Assembly (NCBI RefSeq): GCF_009834535.1 | Contig: NC_045696.1 | Location: forward strand, 3,040,001-3,104,000 | DNA length: 64,000 nucleotides | Origin: Camelus ferus | Taxonomy: Eukaryota | Direction of reading: 5' to 3' | Shown here: positions 38,501 to 50,040 of the stretch, piece after piece | Layout of the letters: every line of letters begins with the position of its first letter | Numbering within the stretch: position 1 is the first letter of the stretch | Made by a program: the position numbers and the translations under genes | The notes under the pieces: generated by a model | Told to the model about the DNA's origin: nothing | Databases searched by the model: none | Seen by the model: only the letters and a program-made list of their open reading frames with translations

Positions 38501-41070
38501 AAGCCCTGGTATGCACTTCCAGGCTTCTAGGCCTCGTCTTCTGTCTGCCACCGAGGATCTTACAGCTTTCTTATGGAGTCCTCTGTGTGCAGAGAGGGCT
38601 GGGCACTCATATTCAGACCAGTCAGGTCACCACTCCCCTCAGGGAATAGGGCTCCCTGCAGCTCAGGCCCTCCCTGAGAACCCCTGCTTTCAGGACTTTG
38701 TTCTGGCCCAGCTGGGGCTGGGGGACACCCCCAGAGTGTCCCCTGGTCACGGGCAGGCCACACCTGTCTGCCAGCCTCCAGCTGGGAGCCGGGGCCAGAG
38801 CTGGAGCAGCTCGTGGAAAAGAGGAAAGCGCATTTGCTACACCACCTCCTCCCAGCCCTGTTTCCATCATCATCACCTATTTTTCCTTTTTGCTCTACTA
38901 AAATCAGAAAAACATGGAAGGCATCAGTGGAGACTGCAGGTAAGTCCAACAGAGAAGCCTGACGCTGTCACGACACGTCACGTCACTATGAACGACACTG
39001 AAGAATGTGACTCATTCTGTAATTCACAACCCCTGGTGGTCAATTCCAAGTAAGCAAATATATTTTAACTTTGTTTTGCTTATAACGTGCTAATTTAGGC
39101 TAGAGAGAATTCAAACTGTTCCCTGAGTCACAGAACCATTACTACCTCTAGTTTATAAATAAGATGAGCTAAACAAAGGCAGAAAACCCTGTCAGGCATT
39201 GCACAGCTTAAGTGTTCGTGTGCAGTGTGATGTCCTCCCTCAAAAGGCAAAGATGACCACGGACCCTGCACGAGGCTGCTCCACATCCAGGCACAGTTAA
39301 GGTGCAAAGCCAGACCACATGCGTGTCGAAGGGGACCTGGGTGTGACGCTGTGAATGCGCTCAGGTGTTTAAACGCCCCGGGGACCTTGTGGCAGAGAGG
39401 TCCCGAGAACCCTGGAGTCAGCCCGCCCACGTGGAATTCACCCGAAGGGGTCCCTGAGTCTCAGTGTCCTCACCGGAACACTCAGACCCACGGTGGCAAT
39501 TATCTCAAATGAGGAATGCGTGCATCCTGCCAGGCTGCAGGGCTCCATGAGCAGCAGACACTGTGACTGACGAAAACTTGACAGAGAGCTGGCCACGAGG
39601 CCCCGCGTCAGTAAGCCCCAAGCCCCCGGCAGGGGAGCCTGGAGCCTGGACGGTGCTCCACCCCTTTTGGGCAGAATGGAGCCCCGGGGACCCCCACATC
39701 TGGAAGGAACCCACATGCCCCGCGCTGCTGCTGAGACCCTCAGCCCGCCTGGGTCCCAGCACAGACCTCGGCTGGTCCAGAGGCGCTGGGAGGTGACTGC
39801 CCCGCCCTCCACCTAGCGCTCCGGGCACTGGCCCCAGGACCCCAGTGCAGCCTTTCAGGGAAGCTCAGGAGGGCTCCCCGGCCGCTCGTGCTCCCTCAGT
39901 CCACGGCACCCACTAGGCCCCTTCAGCGGGCTTCGCCCTTTCTGAGCCGTGTGTTTACTTCCCCCAGGACGACGGGAAACAGGCGTATGTGAAGTCACCG
40001 TGGCTGGCTGGTCCTCGGCACTGACTTTGGAGCCACTGGTTGAGTGGAGTAAGGCCCTCCAGCTCCTGTTCCATCCTTTTCTCTTTTGAAAACAACATTT
40101 TAAAAGGTCTTCAAACCTCTCCATAGTTATTAAAACTCGGTATGTCAAAAAAAAAGCAAGAATTTTGGAAGTGACTTAAAGTGCAGGGGAAATCCCTGCT
40201 TCCTAGGGGCTAGGGAGGAGCTCCAGGACCCTGTGCCCCACATACTCCGGGAGTAACTGGAGAGAGGGGCACAAGGAGTGGCCAGGGCAGCGGCTCTCAG
40301 CCCCCGGGAGCAGCGGGGGGCACGACCACAAAAGCCAACAGAACTGCAGCCCCGGACCGTGTCCCTGCCGATGTTCAGAAGTTGAGGGCGCGATCGAGCC
40401 ATCAGGGAACTATCTCTGGCACCGGTCAACTTCTGTGTCCCTCCTATAGCAAGAGTCAAAAGCCATGCCAGCCCGGTGACAGTCCGCAGGCAGACTGATG
40501 CGGCTCCGGGGAGGGCAAGGAAACGCTCCTGCTTTTCCCAGCGTTATAACTGGCTCTTACGTAGGATTGTCTACTTTAATCTTCTTTTCTCAAAGTCTAG
40601 TTAAATGCCTGCTTAACAACTTCCTGCCCACCCATCACTCAAACAGAAAAGCAGTGCTCCAAGAATAACGGAGAACCACCACGATGCCAGACTTGCGATC
40701 AAATCCAAATGATCACAGGGGCAATTTGGGGAACAATTTTAGATTGGATCTATTTGGAGGGAAAATTCACGCAAGACAGAATAAATATTTAATTAAGCTT
40801 CAAAATTCTGGAACCATCAACTAATAAAACTGAAAATATACTACCTCTGAAATTACAAGTCCTAAAAACATTTTAAAGATTTTAATTTCAGAAAAGAGAA
40901 ACTAAAAACCAAAGCAGCAAAATAACTTGCTTCTCAGCAACCCATTTTCTCCACTCATCTTCTTACTCTGCCCCCACCCTCCCCTCGCCCCAGACTGGCT
41001 CTGAAGGTCACCAGCTCCTCACAGCATTCCAGGCAGGAAACGGAATCGAGGGCCGACAAGGGCTTCTTAC

Positions 41071-41152
41071 CTTGACTATACTGATGGGCTTTCGAGATAA
41101 GTGAAAACTTGCATACAGCAAAAACGTCAGAATAAAAATGAAGGCTCTGTAC
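41071..41152 (-). CDS. SLC37A1: SLC37A1 exon 3, 82 nt (YRAFIFILTFLLYASFHLSRKPISIVK; TM1 with R39-K40)
   Basis: tttcag|G ... AAG|gtaaga. Phase matches exon 2. Confidence 0.96.
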
Positions 41153-42981
41153 CTGAAACACAAAACAGTGGCAGGGGATGGCATAAAATAACATAAGATG
41201 CGCTAAGAATACATTGCACTGCATTCTTAAATTTCCTTATGCTGTATGTTATTTATTCAATTCTGTATCAGGTACCCATCTTATTTATAATACTATTACA
41301 ATATTATATTTTAAAAATGTGCCACTTTTACTTTGTCCAAACTCAAACTATTTAAATATTCATAGAAAAAAATCTAATCAGAGAGAAATCTGGGACACAG
41401 ATGTACACGTGTTTACAAAGCAGACAAAAAGGAACGATTATTTGGTTTGTAACAAAAGTAACTGCAGGTGACTCAGATGCCTCTATCCCGGGCATTTAAG
41501 ATCATATTTATTTTTTACCTTTTAGCTTCTGTGCAACTTTCTAGAAGGACACAAGCCAGGCAGAAGTATAAACATTTCACTGACCTCAGTGAGAACAACT
41601 CAGTGATGCTGACAAGCCATGAATAAGGCCACTGACATAAAAAGTCCTGCCCGAAGCCCTGCTGCCCTTCTCGGCGTGCGCGGAAAGCAGCTCAGACAGA
41701 AGTGCTGAGATGTATGGGAGACTCCAGAAAAGAGGCCACTTTAGTAAGAAGATAAAAGTTTGTTCCAGTCTAAACGTGTGAATCACTCCATAGAAAAACA
41801 ATCCTTAGGGGAAGAAAACAGATCAGGAGGAAAAAGGATTTGGCCAGAGATCACGACAAGGGGCTCCCACCAGGAAGGCAGGCCCTCTGTGTCCTGGGGC
41901 CCAGCCTCCAACCCTGAGGAACCCAGCCTGCTCTGGCCCAGAAAGGCCAGTGACTCTTGAACTGCACACTGGCTGAAATGGATAATTACCCACAGCGGGG
42001 GCAGCGCCGGGGGACTGGACGGAGGCAGCGCCCTCGCTGTGCGAGGAGCCAGGTCCCCGGATCAGCTCATTCTAAGGCCCTGACGAGGAGGGACCCTTCC
42101 TCCTTTCTGCCCACATTTTCAATGTTGTGATTCACTTCTCAAGGGCAGCTTTCTGTAACTAACAGATTCCTACGGGTCTCTGCCTCTCTGGCCACCAGAA
42201 AAGGTAGGAGTTAAATATTTCCAGATTTAAAAAAAAAAGGTCATATTTCAGGTGGGAAAAAAGGGTTGGGACTCAAACCTACCATCGCGGCAGCAGCCGC
42301 GCGGAGTGAAAGGAAACCCCTCATAGGTTGCCTGGCTCTCGGTGAGCGCCTGCTAAGTGAATAAGGAAACGCACCCCCGTGCTCTCTTCTTCATCGGGGA
42401 AATTTACTGATGGCTTTTCTAGGATTCTTTGTGATTCAGCCCGAGCCCGTGAACAGTTAGGAAACAAAGTGCAACTATTAAAAAATGTGTCTCCTCCCTC
42501 TCAGAGAGCAGAGTCCATGCAGGCACAGCGGGTCTGTCACTGGAGCCCAGGCCTTCATCCTCATGCTCTGAAAACCCTTCATTTGGACGGGCGGGGCTCC
42601 GGCCCTGGGCTTGAAGCTCCCTGTTACTCCACCCGTCACTCCTGTGTGCCACCTTAGGAAGACCCTGGGCCACTGAGCTTTCAACGCCCAGATTCCCAGC
42701 CCACAGCCAGACTCAGGGTCACCTCCCCACTCCTCGCTAGGGCTCGTGGAGGACCCACCTGGGTGCAGAGTTCCCATCTCCCATCCCCACAGGAAGAATG
42801 GAACAGCTCTCTGACTGGTCACCTCCAGCCCCTCCCAGATCAGTCCAAGGGAAGAACCTAGCGCCCGCAAGGACGCGGGGTGCTGCCAATCCACAGGTGT
42901 GTTATCGACCAGGAGAACCTGAATTCCATGACCACCCGGCTCGGCAGGGTTTTGAGAGGGTGTCTCTACTTAAACAGGCCT

Positions 42982-43160
42982 GGAGCGGAGCGGAGCGGGG
43001 CGGGGGCGGGGGCGGGGGCGGGGGCGGGGGGTGGCACGCAGGGGTCAAGCGTGGGCTTAGCATGCACGAGGTCCCGGGTTCAGTCCCCAGGACCTCCCTT
43101 AAAACTGTAAATGAATGAATGAATGAATAAATAATAAATAAACCTAAAAAATAAATAAGT
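42982..43160 (+). mobile_element. tRNA-derived SINE, camelid (Vic-1-like) type
   Basis: G-rich head, then gcttagcatgcacgaggtcccgggttcagtccccaggacctcc (B-box-like), then a (TGAA)n/(TAAA)n tail with aaataaacctaa. Degenerate TSD taaacaggcc / taaatggcc. Confidence 0.8.
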
Positions 43161-44134
43161 AAATGGCCCTTGGGTTCATGGCCTCCACTCTACCCAGACA
43201 TAAGCAGAATATTCCATTGATAAACATTCTAGTTCTATTAAGTATTTTTAATGTACTTATTAAATAGGATAAATAAACCCAGAAACGAAGAGCTCCTCTG
43301 CGTGCCTAGGTGAGTCTGAAGAGCCCTGCGACCCTAGCACACCTGCATCCCGAGGCCGTCAGGGCCGTCAGGGTCACCGGGGCCGAGCAGCCGCCCCTGG
43401 GTCTCTGCCCCCTTCTCCGCCGGCTGGGCCTGCACGCGGTGCTCACCTGCACAGAGCCCACGGGGTGGAAGCGGAAGCAGTCCCCACACCTGCTCCTGGC
43501 AGGGGGAGGCCGAGCTGAAGCACACACCATGGATGCCCCAGGACACTGAGGGCCACAGAGCGGAACACCTGCCTCTGGACATATTCTGGTCAGTTTTGTG
43601 TGGAAGTGAAACACCTTGATGAAGAAGAGTACCCAGCTGCCTGTCAGCAGGGTTCCCTGAGGGAGGCTGTTCTGCAGAATCAGGGCAAAGGGTCAACCCA
43701 CACTGCAGCCTGGAATCTTCCTAGAGATAGGACCCGTGGGTGCGAAAGCGGAAGCCAGTGTCAGGCCAGCTCTGCGTCCTCTATTTCCATATCCATCCTT
43801 CCTCCCTCACTCTCCCCGTCTTATTACGTAGGACTTGGGGAGAGGGGAGGAGCCAGCCGCTAGAGGTTGAATTTCCCCTTCCAGAAGGTCTACACACCGG
43901 TCACTTTAAACCACAGAGCCACGCTGTCGGGCTGGCGCCCTCCTGGTGGCCGTGTTGACACGTCTGCACCCGCGCAGACGTCTCACTTGTGTGGGATTAT
44001 CCTGGTTCATGAAGAGGAAAGTCCCAAACACCCTCCTGAGGCCTTTCCGGCTTTGTAATTCTGTTCTCATCTGCTTTCTTCCTTTATCATTTATGAAGCA
44101 AGGATTTTGGGTATTTGTTTCCTTTTATCCGTCT

Positions 44135-44574
44135 TGTACTGGGGTGAATACCGTTTCCCAAAATTAACGTCCGCCATAAACTTTAGAATGTGATTGTATT
44201 TGGAAACAGGGTCTTGCAGATGTAATTAGTTAGTCTGAGGTCATACTTAACTCATGTGTGACCTCAGATCCACCGGGATCCTGAATCCAGTTAGAGGCCC
44301 TTATCGCACGCCACGGGGAGACACGGAGGCAGATAGGGAGGAAGGCCATGTGATGGTGGGGCAGAGCAAAGCGAGGAAGGCTGAGCACCGCCAGCAGCCG
44401 CCAGACACGGGGTGAGGCAAGAGGCGCTCTTCCCTCAGGCCTTCTGTGGGAGCAGGCCCTGCTGACCCCTGACCTCACACTTCCGCCTTCCAGAACCACT
44501 GAGAAAACAAATTCCTGCTGTTTTAAGCCACCAGTTTGTGGACTTTGCTATAGTAGTCCTAGGAAACTCATGAA
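44135..44574 (+). mobile_element. MLT1B/C-like solo LTR
   Basis: agaatgtgattgtatttggaaacagggtcttgcagatgtaattag ... ttttaagccaccagtttgtgg..ctaggaaac. Confidence 0.8.
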
Positions 44575-45042
44575 ATCCAGTATTTTACTTTTTGTCTTGT
44601 GTTACATTAAACTTGTGAATATTAAGCAAGTAAAATTAAAAATGAATTATTTAATCTTTTCCTTCATCAGTTTCCACTCACCTTCTGCAGTTATGCCTAA
44701 CAATAGGTAGCATTCTCTGTATCTACAAATACTACAAGAATAGTATTTGGGTTAATCCCATGTTTCTAGCAAAAAAAGTCTGTCTCAGCAATGCCCCTTC
44801 ACAGCCTCCACAGAAATGTTCCTGAATGACACACGCATCCCCAGACAGACAGCAGCCCGCTCCCGGCTAGGAGACTCAAGGGACAATATCCGCTTCCTTA
44901 TCTGAGTATTATTTCTCTCAGTCACATGGAAATAAGAAGTAAAAAAATGCTTTAGAGGACAGTTACTGAACAGCATAACTTGGCACAGAAGTTAGTAAAA
45001 AAAAAAAATCCTTAATTTAGGAACAATGAAACCACACACCCT

Positions 45043-46410
45043 GTGACACGAGCCCCTTCAGAGCACCCCAAAGGAGGGCCGTGGCGTCAGTGAGTTAGCA
45101 CTGACCGCTTGGTTCAGGGGCTCTCTGCCACATCTCCCCTCAGTGAAGCCACCATTCTTCCCTCTAGCAGTTAACAAGGAATTTGTGGGAACATACTTGG
45201 AGAACAGACATCCTATTCCTCCAACGTTCTCCCAATGGTGTGTGTCCGCTAATGACCCTTGCCTAAACCAAGCATGCCTGATGGTCACAGATGGCGGTGT
45301 CCCAAGCTGGACACTCCTGCTCCACTTAGGGGCTAGAATTCTACCTTGGGAAAGAGCTTCCTTCCTCCCATTTGTGCATTAATTTAGGTATAGCAGCAGG
45401 GACTCACTAGATTCTTGTTTTATTCAATGGGCTATAATCCATTACTCGGATCATTTATTTAAAGTTTCATCCTCGATTTGGCCAGTGGGGGACCATTCAT
45501 TTTTAAGTACTTCCTTATTTTCTGGCACAAGATATTCCAGGCTCATCTCACTTTCCCTATGAGCCCCAAGGAAACAGCCCCAGTGCTGACATCATCCTAG
45601 TATCCAAGGATGCCTGCCTGGATCCTTCAGTGGGAAAGGGTACATAGAAACCAAGATCCAACACCAAGTGTGCTCAGTGCTGCTGGGGTGTTGCTGCTCC
45701 CAGGGCCTCTCAGCAGGGCAGAAAGAAGGCATATTACACACACACACACACACACACATCCCAAATACATACACAACACACCCTCCAATATACACACATG
45801 CTCACCACATACACACCCACACACCCACAGCCACATGTATTTCTCCCTCTACTCTCTCTCCAGGTCTTCTTGATACCTTTCACTCCAGTCCAACACCACA
45901 TGATTCATCCCGTCCCTCCCCCATCAATTTCTGTAACCTCGTCACCATCAGTGAGAAGCTGTCACCTTTCTGTCATATTTCTGACAAAATGCATAATTTG
46001 AATCTAACCATTGAGGAAATACCAGACACACCCAAAACAAGGGACAGTCTATAAAATAAATGGCTTTATCCTTCAAAAGCGGCAAGCTCCTGGAAGGCAA
46101 AGAAAGGCTGAGAAACAGTTCCAGTTGAAAGGAGACTAAACCCACAGAACAACTAAATGCAGCGTGAGACGCTGGACTAGCTCCTGCGCCAGGAATAAAC
46201 TCTACAAAAGACATTATTGAGCATTTGACATAACGTTGAATATGGACTATTGATTAGATAATAGCATTATATCAGCACTAAATGTCCTGATTTTGCCCTT
46301 TGTGAGCAGTTATAGGAGAGTGTCTCGTTCACAGGAAACTCACACTGAAGTGTTTAGAAATAAAACAGCATAATGTCTGTAACCTGCTCTCAGATGGTTC
46401 AGGAAAAAAT
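45043..46410. mobile_element. Old L1MC/ME 3' UTR: minus-oriented 45043-45960 and plus-oriented 45960-46410
   Basis: L1MC-like 3' UTR motifs appear in both orientations. A probable terminal piece of the plus copy lies at about 47065-47150. Confidence 0.6.
45736..45758. repeat. (CA)n microsatellite
   Basis: About 11 units. Confidence 0.9.
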
Positions 46411-46411
46411 T

Positions 46412-46431
46412 GTGTGTGTGTGTGTGTGTGT
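46412..46431. repeat. (TG)n microsatellite
   Basis: About 10 units. Confidence 0.9.
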
Positions 46432-46889
46432 TGGTCTGCCAGCTGAGCCCAGGCCCAGGGCTGGACGGGACGCATTTCCTCTGCTCTAGGCTCACGCTAC
46501 TCAAGACTCGGAGTCCCAGGAGAGAGGCCAGCAGCCCACCGTGGGTCCTCTCCCACTCCTGCTGGACCTGGGCTGTGGAGGCAGGCCACGGGAAAGGAGC
46601 CTGGAGGGCCTCCATCGCTGCTGTGATGGTTGGAAAATCCGGAGACCCCACCCACGGACCACAACTGTGCACAAAGGTGGGGAGTCAGTTCCCCGAAGGG
46701 GACCAAAGTGCTGTGAGGAGGGGGCAATGCGCGCTGGGCAGAAAAACATGTAAAGTGTTCTACGCAGGAATGTTAAAGGCAATTCTCTTCTAAGGAAGCT
46801 GAGATCAAGAAAGGTTAAGTCACTTTTAAAAGTCAGAGAGCAAGTCTGAGGTGCAGCTGGAACAGAAATGAAGATGAAGACTATGTCCT

Positions 46890-47023
46890 TGCTACCCAGA
46901 GTGTGGTCTGCGTCACCCAGGAAACGCAGCACCCAGGCTCCACCCAGACCCACTGAGCCAGGATCCCCACTCCCACGAGTTTCAGGTGGTTCACATGCGC
47001 ACTAAAATTTGAGAAGCACTGCT
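46890..47023. mobile_element. MER5A-like fragment
   Basis: ccacccagacccactgagcca ... cactaaaatttgagaagcactg. Confidence 0.6.
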
Positions 47024-47372
47024 CTATCTCTGTAGGTCTCAACCTTAAAAAGAAAAGGGGGGAAAGAATTTGTGATTATAGGAGCTCTTTGTAACATTCT
47101 TATAATTTTCTTCCTGTGAGTTTGAAAACTGTATCTAAATGAAGTTACAAGACAAGGTAAAGATAAACACTCATAAATAACAGGTGAGTGTTTAACCACG
47201 TGCGGCTTGATTAGCAGTAGACAGGAGACGAGCCAACACGCGAACTGCTCTGAAAGAACCAGGCACCTGAAGTCACAGTCGGGAGCCTTGGGGTGAGCCC
47301 CCAAGCAGCCTCAGCCCAAGAGGCTGCAGAGCGTGCTGGCCAGATGGAGACCGGGGGTCCGGGACACGCCGC

Positions 47373-47826
47373 TGCGGCATGGAAGGTATTTTGAGCAGAA
47401 AAACGCTTGAGTTCCTGAGATCTCTCATCTGCCTAAAAACAGAGCCTCCTGAAAGAACTCAGCTGTCAGTAGGTCCCCTCTGGGAGCACCCAGGGGGGGC
47501 TGAGGCTACAGGGATGAGAAGTGTTCACACCACAGTCGTGACCCCCTCCTGGCTCCCATCTATTCTAAGGGCGCGTTTACTTTTCCCAAAAGTCATTTGT
47601 TATCCCAAAGGTGCCTTTCTCCTCCTCTCCGCCTCCTCATCCCCGTTTATAAGATGGTACAGAAGCCCTATATTCTAAGGTCCCTTGGAGTCACAATTTT
47701 CTATAAACGCCCACACACACATGCTTAATTCTGTCTTTTTTCTTGTGAATCTGTCTTTTGTCAGTTTAATTCACATACCCCCAATCATTCAAGCTAAAGG
47801 GTGGAGGAAAAATTTTTCCTTGCAGC
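47373..47826 (+). mobile_element. ERV1-class solo LTR (MER34/MER39-like)
   Basis: ctcatctgcctaaaaacaga ... aatctgtcttttgtcagtttaatt ... gggtggaggaaaaatttttcct resembles MER34-group LTR 3' ends. Confidence 0.6.
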
Positions 47827-48391
47827 AGAGATGAGCAGGAGAGGAAAACCACTGAGACTGTGGGTCAGAGACCAGATGGCCTGAGACCCCGCTCCCACCA
47901 CCTGCTTCCTCTGCGGAAAGGTGAGTCACGAATCCCCCGTGAGACGGACTCTCCGAGCACGACAGGAGAGGCACTCGCTGAACAGAGCGCACAGTTCCGG
48001 CCTGCGTCCACCTGGTCCAGGTTTCATTTTCTCTCTGAAGGTTCTGGCCCCGCGAGGCCAGTCACTGAGCTCAGAGGGAACACGCTTCACCCACAGCCAC
48101 GCCATAACCCTGCCGGTCGCCAGCGCTCATTTATCTGTGGCGACCAGGATTATTTTCTGTAGACCAGAAACCACTGAAAACCTCAAATGAGCCCAAAGGC
48201 TGTCTGTCACTTCGAGAACCAAAGACGGACAGCTCCACGCTGCTCGCGCTCAGCCTCACCGCCGATCCGCACGTCGGCAGTGGCGGGCGGCCGGCCACCC
48301 ACCTGCATTCTATAACCGAGCTGGGCGGGCCGAGGGGCGCTGGCGGCCCGGGGGCCCTCACCCACGCGGGGCACCGGGCCAAAGCACTCAC

Positions 48392-48447
48392 CACTGATCC
48401 CTGGAGAACGAGATGATGAAGCGGATGCCAGGGGGAAGTCGGGCCAT
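48392..48447 (-). CDS. SLC37A1: SLC37A1 exon 2 coding part, 56 nt (MARLPPGIRFIISFSRDQ-W)
   Basis: ATG at 48447. Recognisable SLC37A1 N-terminus. Donor TG|gtgagt. Confidence 0.95.
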
Positions 48448-48601
48448 TGATGTCCCGCTGACCACGGAGCGCTGGTCGCAAAACAAGGTGCTTCATTAAC
48501 AGGTTACTACCCCAGCTCCAAGGGGCTCTCTCGTGCCACGGCAGTTAGCTCAGGCTGGAACGCGTGTACAGACGTCTTCCTTCCAGCAGAGGCTCGGCTC
48601 C
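48448..48601 (-). other. SLC37A1: 5' UTR part of exon 2
   Basis: The acceptor ctgacttttccacacctcctcctccgtgtag|G has a branch-like CTGAC, a pyrimidine tract and AG at 48603-48602. Confidence 0.75.
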
Positions 48602-49904
48602 CTACACGGAGGAGGAGGTGTGGAAAAGTCAGGTGTTCTGACAATGGCACCGTCGGAGCCCCTGGCAGAAGTCCCCCGCCCCCGCCCCCCGCGTTGTTGC
48701 CAGCCTGGAGCGAGGCTGGGCTGCCAGCGCCACGGGGAGAGCCCACCGGGGGAGCCCCTCGGGGGAGAGCGTCTGCCCTCTGGGCAGCTTGTTCAAAGAT
48801 CACTGAGATGAATTTCACATGATGTTCTGATGATATATAAAAAAGAACCGTGGAATTCAGCTCCATCTGAAGGTCTCTAGAGATCAACCCATTCACTCTT
48901 AACCACAACACTCTGCAGAACTACACTGACGTTCACATGAAGCCTCGTGTGCCCAGTGGTTACATCGTGCACTCAGTCTCCAGAATGCCAGGGAACCGGC
49001 CATGCTTGATTCCACCTGCTGTGGACCAGGCCACCTTTGAGTCACAATAACAGAGAGGAACGCAGGCCTGGACAAGATGACAGGTCATCAAACCGATCAT
49101 CTGACTGTGGCTTTGCAACTGAGTCTAAATGCATGTAGTGCTGTGGGAATGAACTTCACCTCGTACTTGCCTCCTCATTTCTCACTCCTGTGGTCACCTC
49201 ACTGGAAAACGGCCCCATTCTGAAGCTTGGGCTGAAGGCAGAGCAAGACAAGAGGAAACGGGCAGAGAGGTGTGAGAGCTGAAAAGGGCCCCAGCACACC
49301 AGGCAGGCCCGGTCTCCTGCCCCAAAACCAACTTCATGACTTGGGTGAGTTTTCAGTTTTTCTCCCATGCTCAGCAACGAGGAATCTTTTGGACCAACAC
49401 ATTAAATGACCGCACCAGTGCAGGCAGGAACGCGGACTGTTCTATGTTAACACGCACTGAGAATCCGCAGGTTATATAATGTTTTTAAAGAAAGCTACTT
49501 TTGACTAAACATTAACCCCGACTTAAAGCTGAAATGTACTCAGTGACACTAAACAACTTCCTTGGGGTTAACAGACAAGTAATAGCAAATAGCTCCAAAT
49601 ATTCCTAAGTGCCTGCATCTTCCCGATTAAAATGGGCTCTCCATGTTCACTGCTGCCCTCCCTCCTGAGTGAGCTTTCAAATGCACCTTTCGAAGCTTTC
49701 ATAATTACCCCCCCCATCTCTTCTCAGGGAAGCAGGGAGGCCCCCTCTGCTCCCGCCAGCCAGCCAGCCCACCCAGCCTCCACCCCCACCGAGGCCTTAA
49801 CTATGACACGGCTTCTACTCTTCATTCCACCTGGAGTGCCACCTGCCCCTGCAGCTGACCCCAGGCTGGGTAACCCCAGGCATGTCCCCTGAACTTTCTG
49901 CTCC

Positions 49905-50040
49905 TTCACCTGCCCAAGCTAAAAATGAGGGATGATGGCACCGTCACTTCAGGGTTGTTATAAAGATGAAAGGCACAATCCACAGAAAGCCCTTGGCACA
50001 GAGCCTGGTGTGCAGCACATGCTCAGTGAACAGCAGCTGG
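49905..50040 (+). mobile_element. MIR 3' fragment
   Basis: aaaatgagggatgat..cagggttgttataaagatgaaa..ttggcacagagcctgg..tgctcagtgaa. Confidence 0.65.

Noticed and set aside
43033..43095. tRNA-like B box
   Set aside because: Part of a tRNA-derived SINE with a degenerate A box and an A-rich tail. No cloverleaf.
43934..43952. CTCF-like motif gcgccctcctggtggcc
   Set aside because: One extra base relative to the core consensus, so it cannot be supported without a PWM scan or ChIP data.
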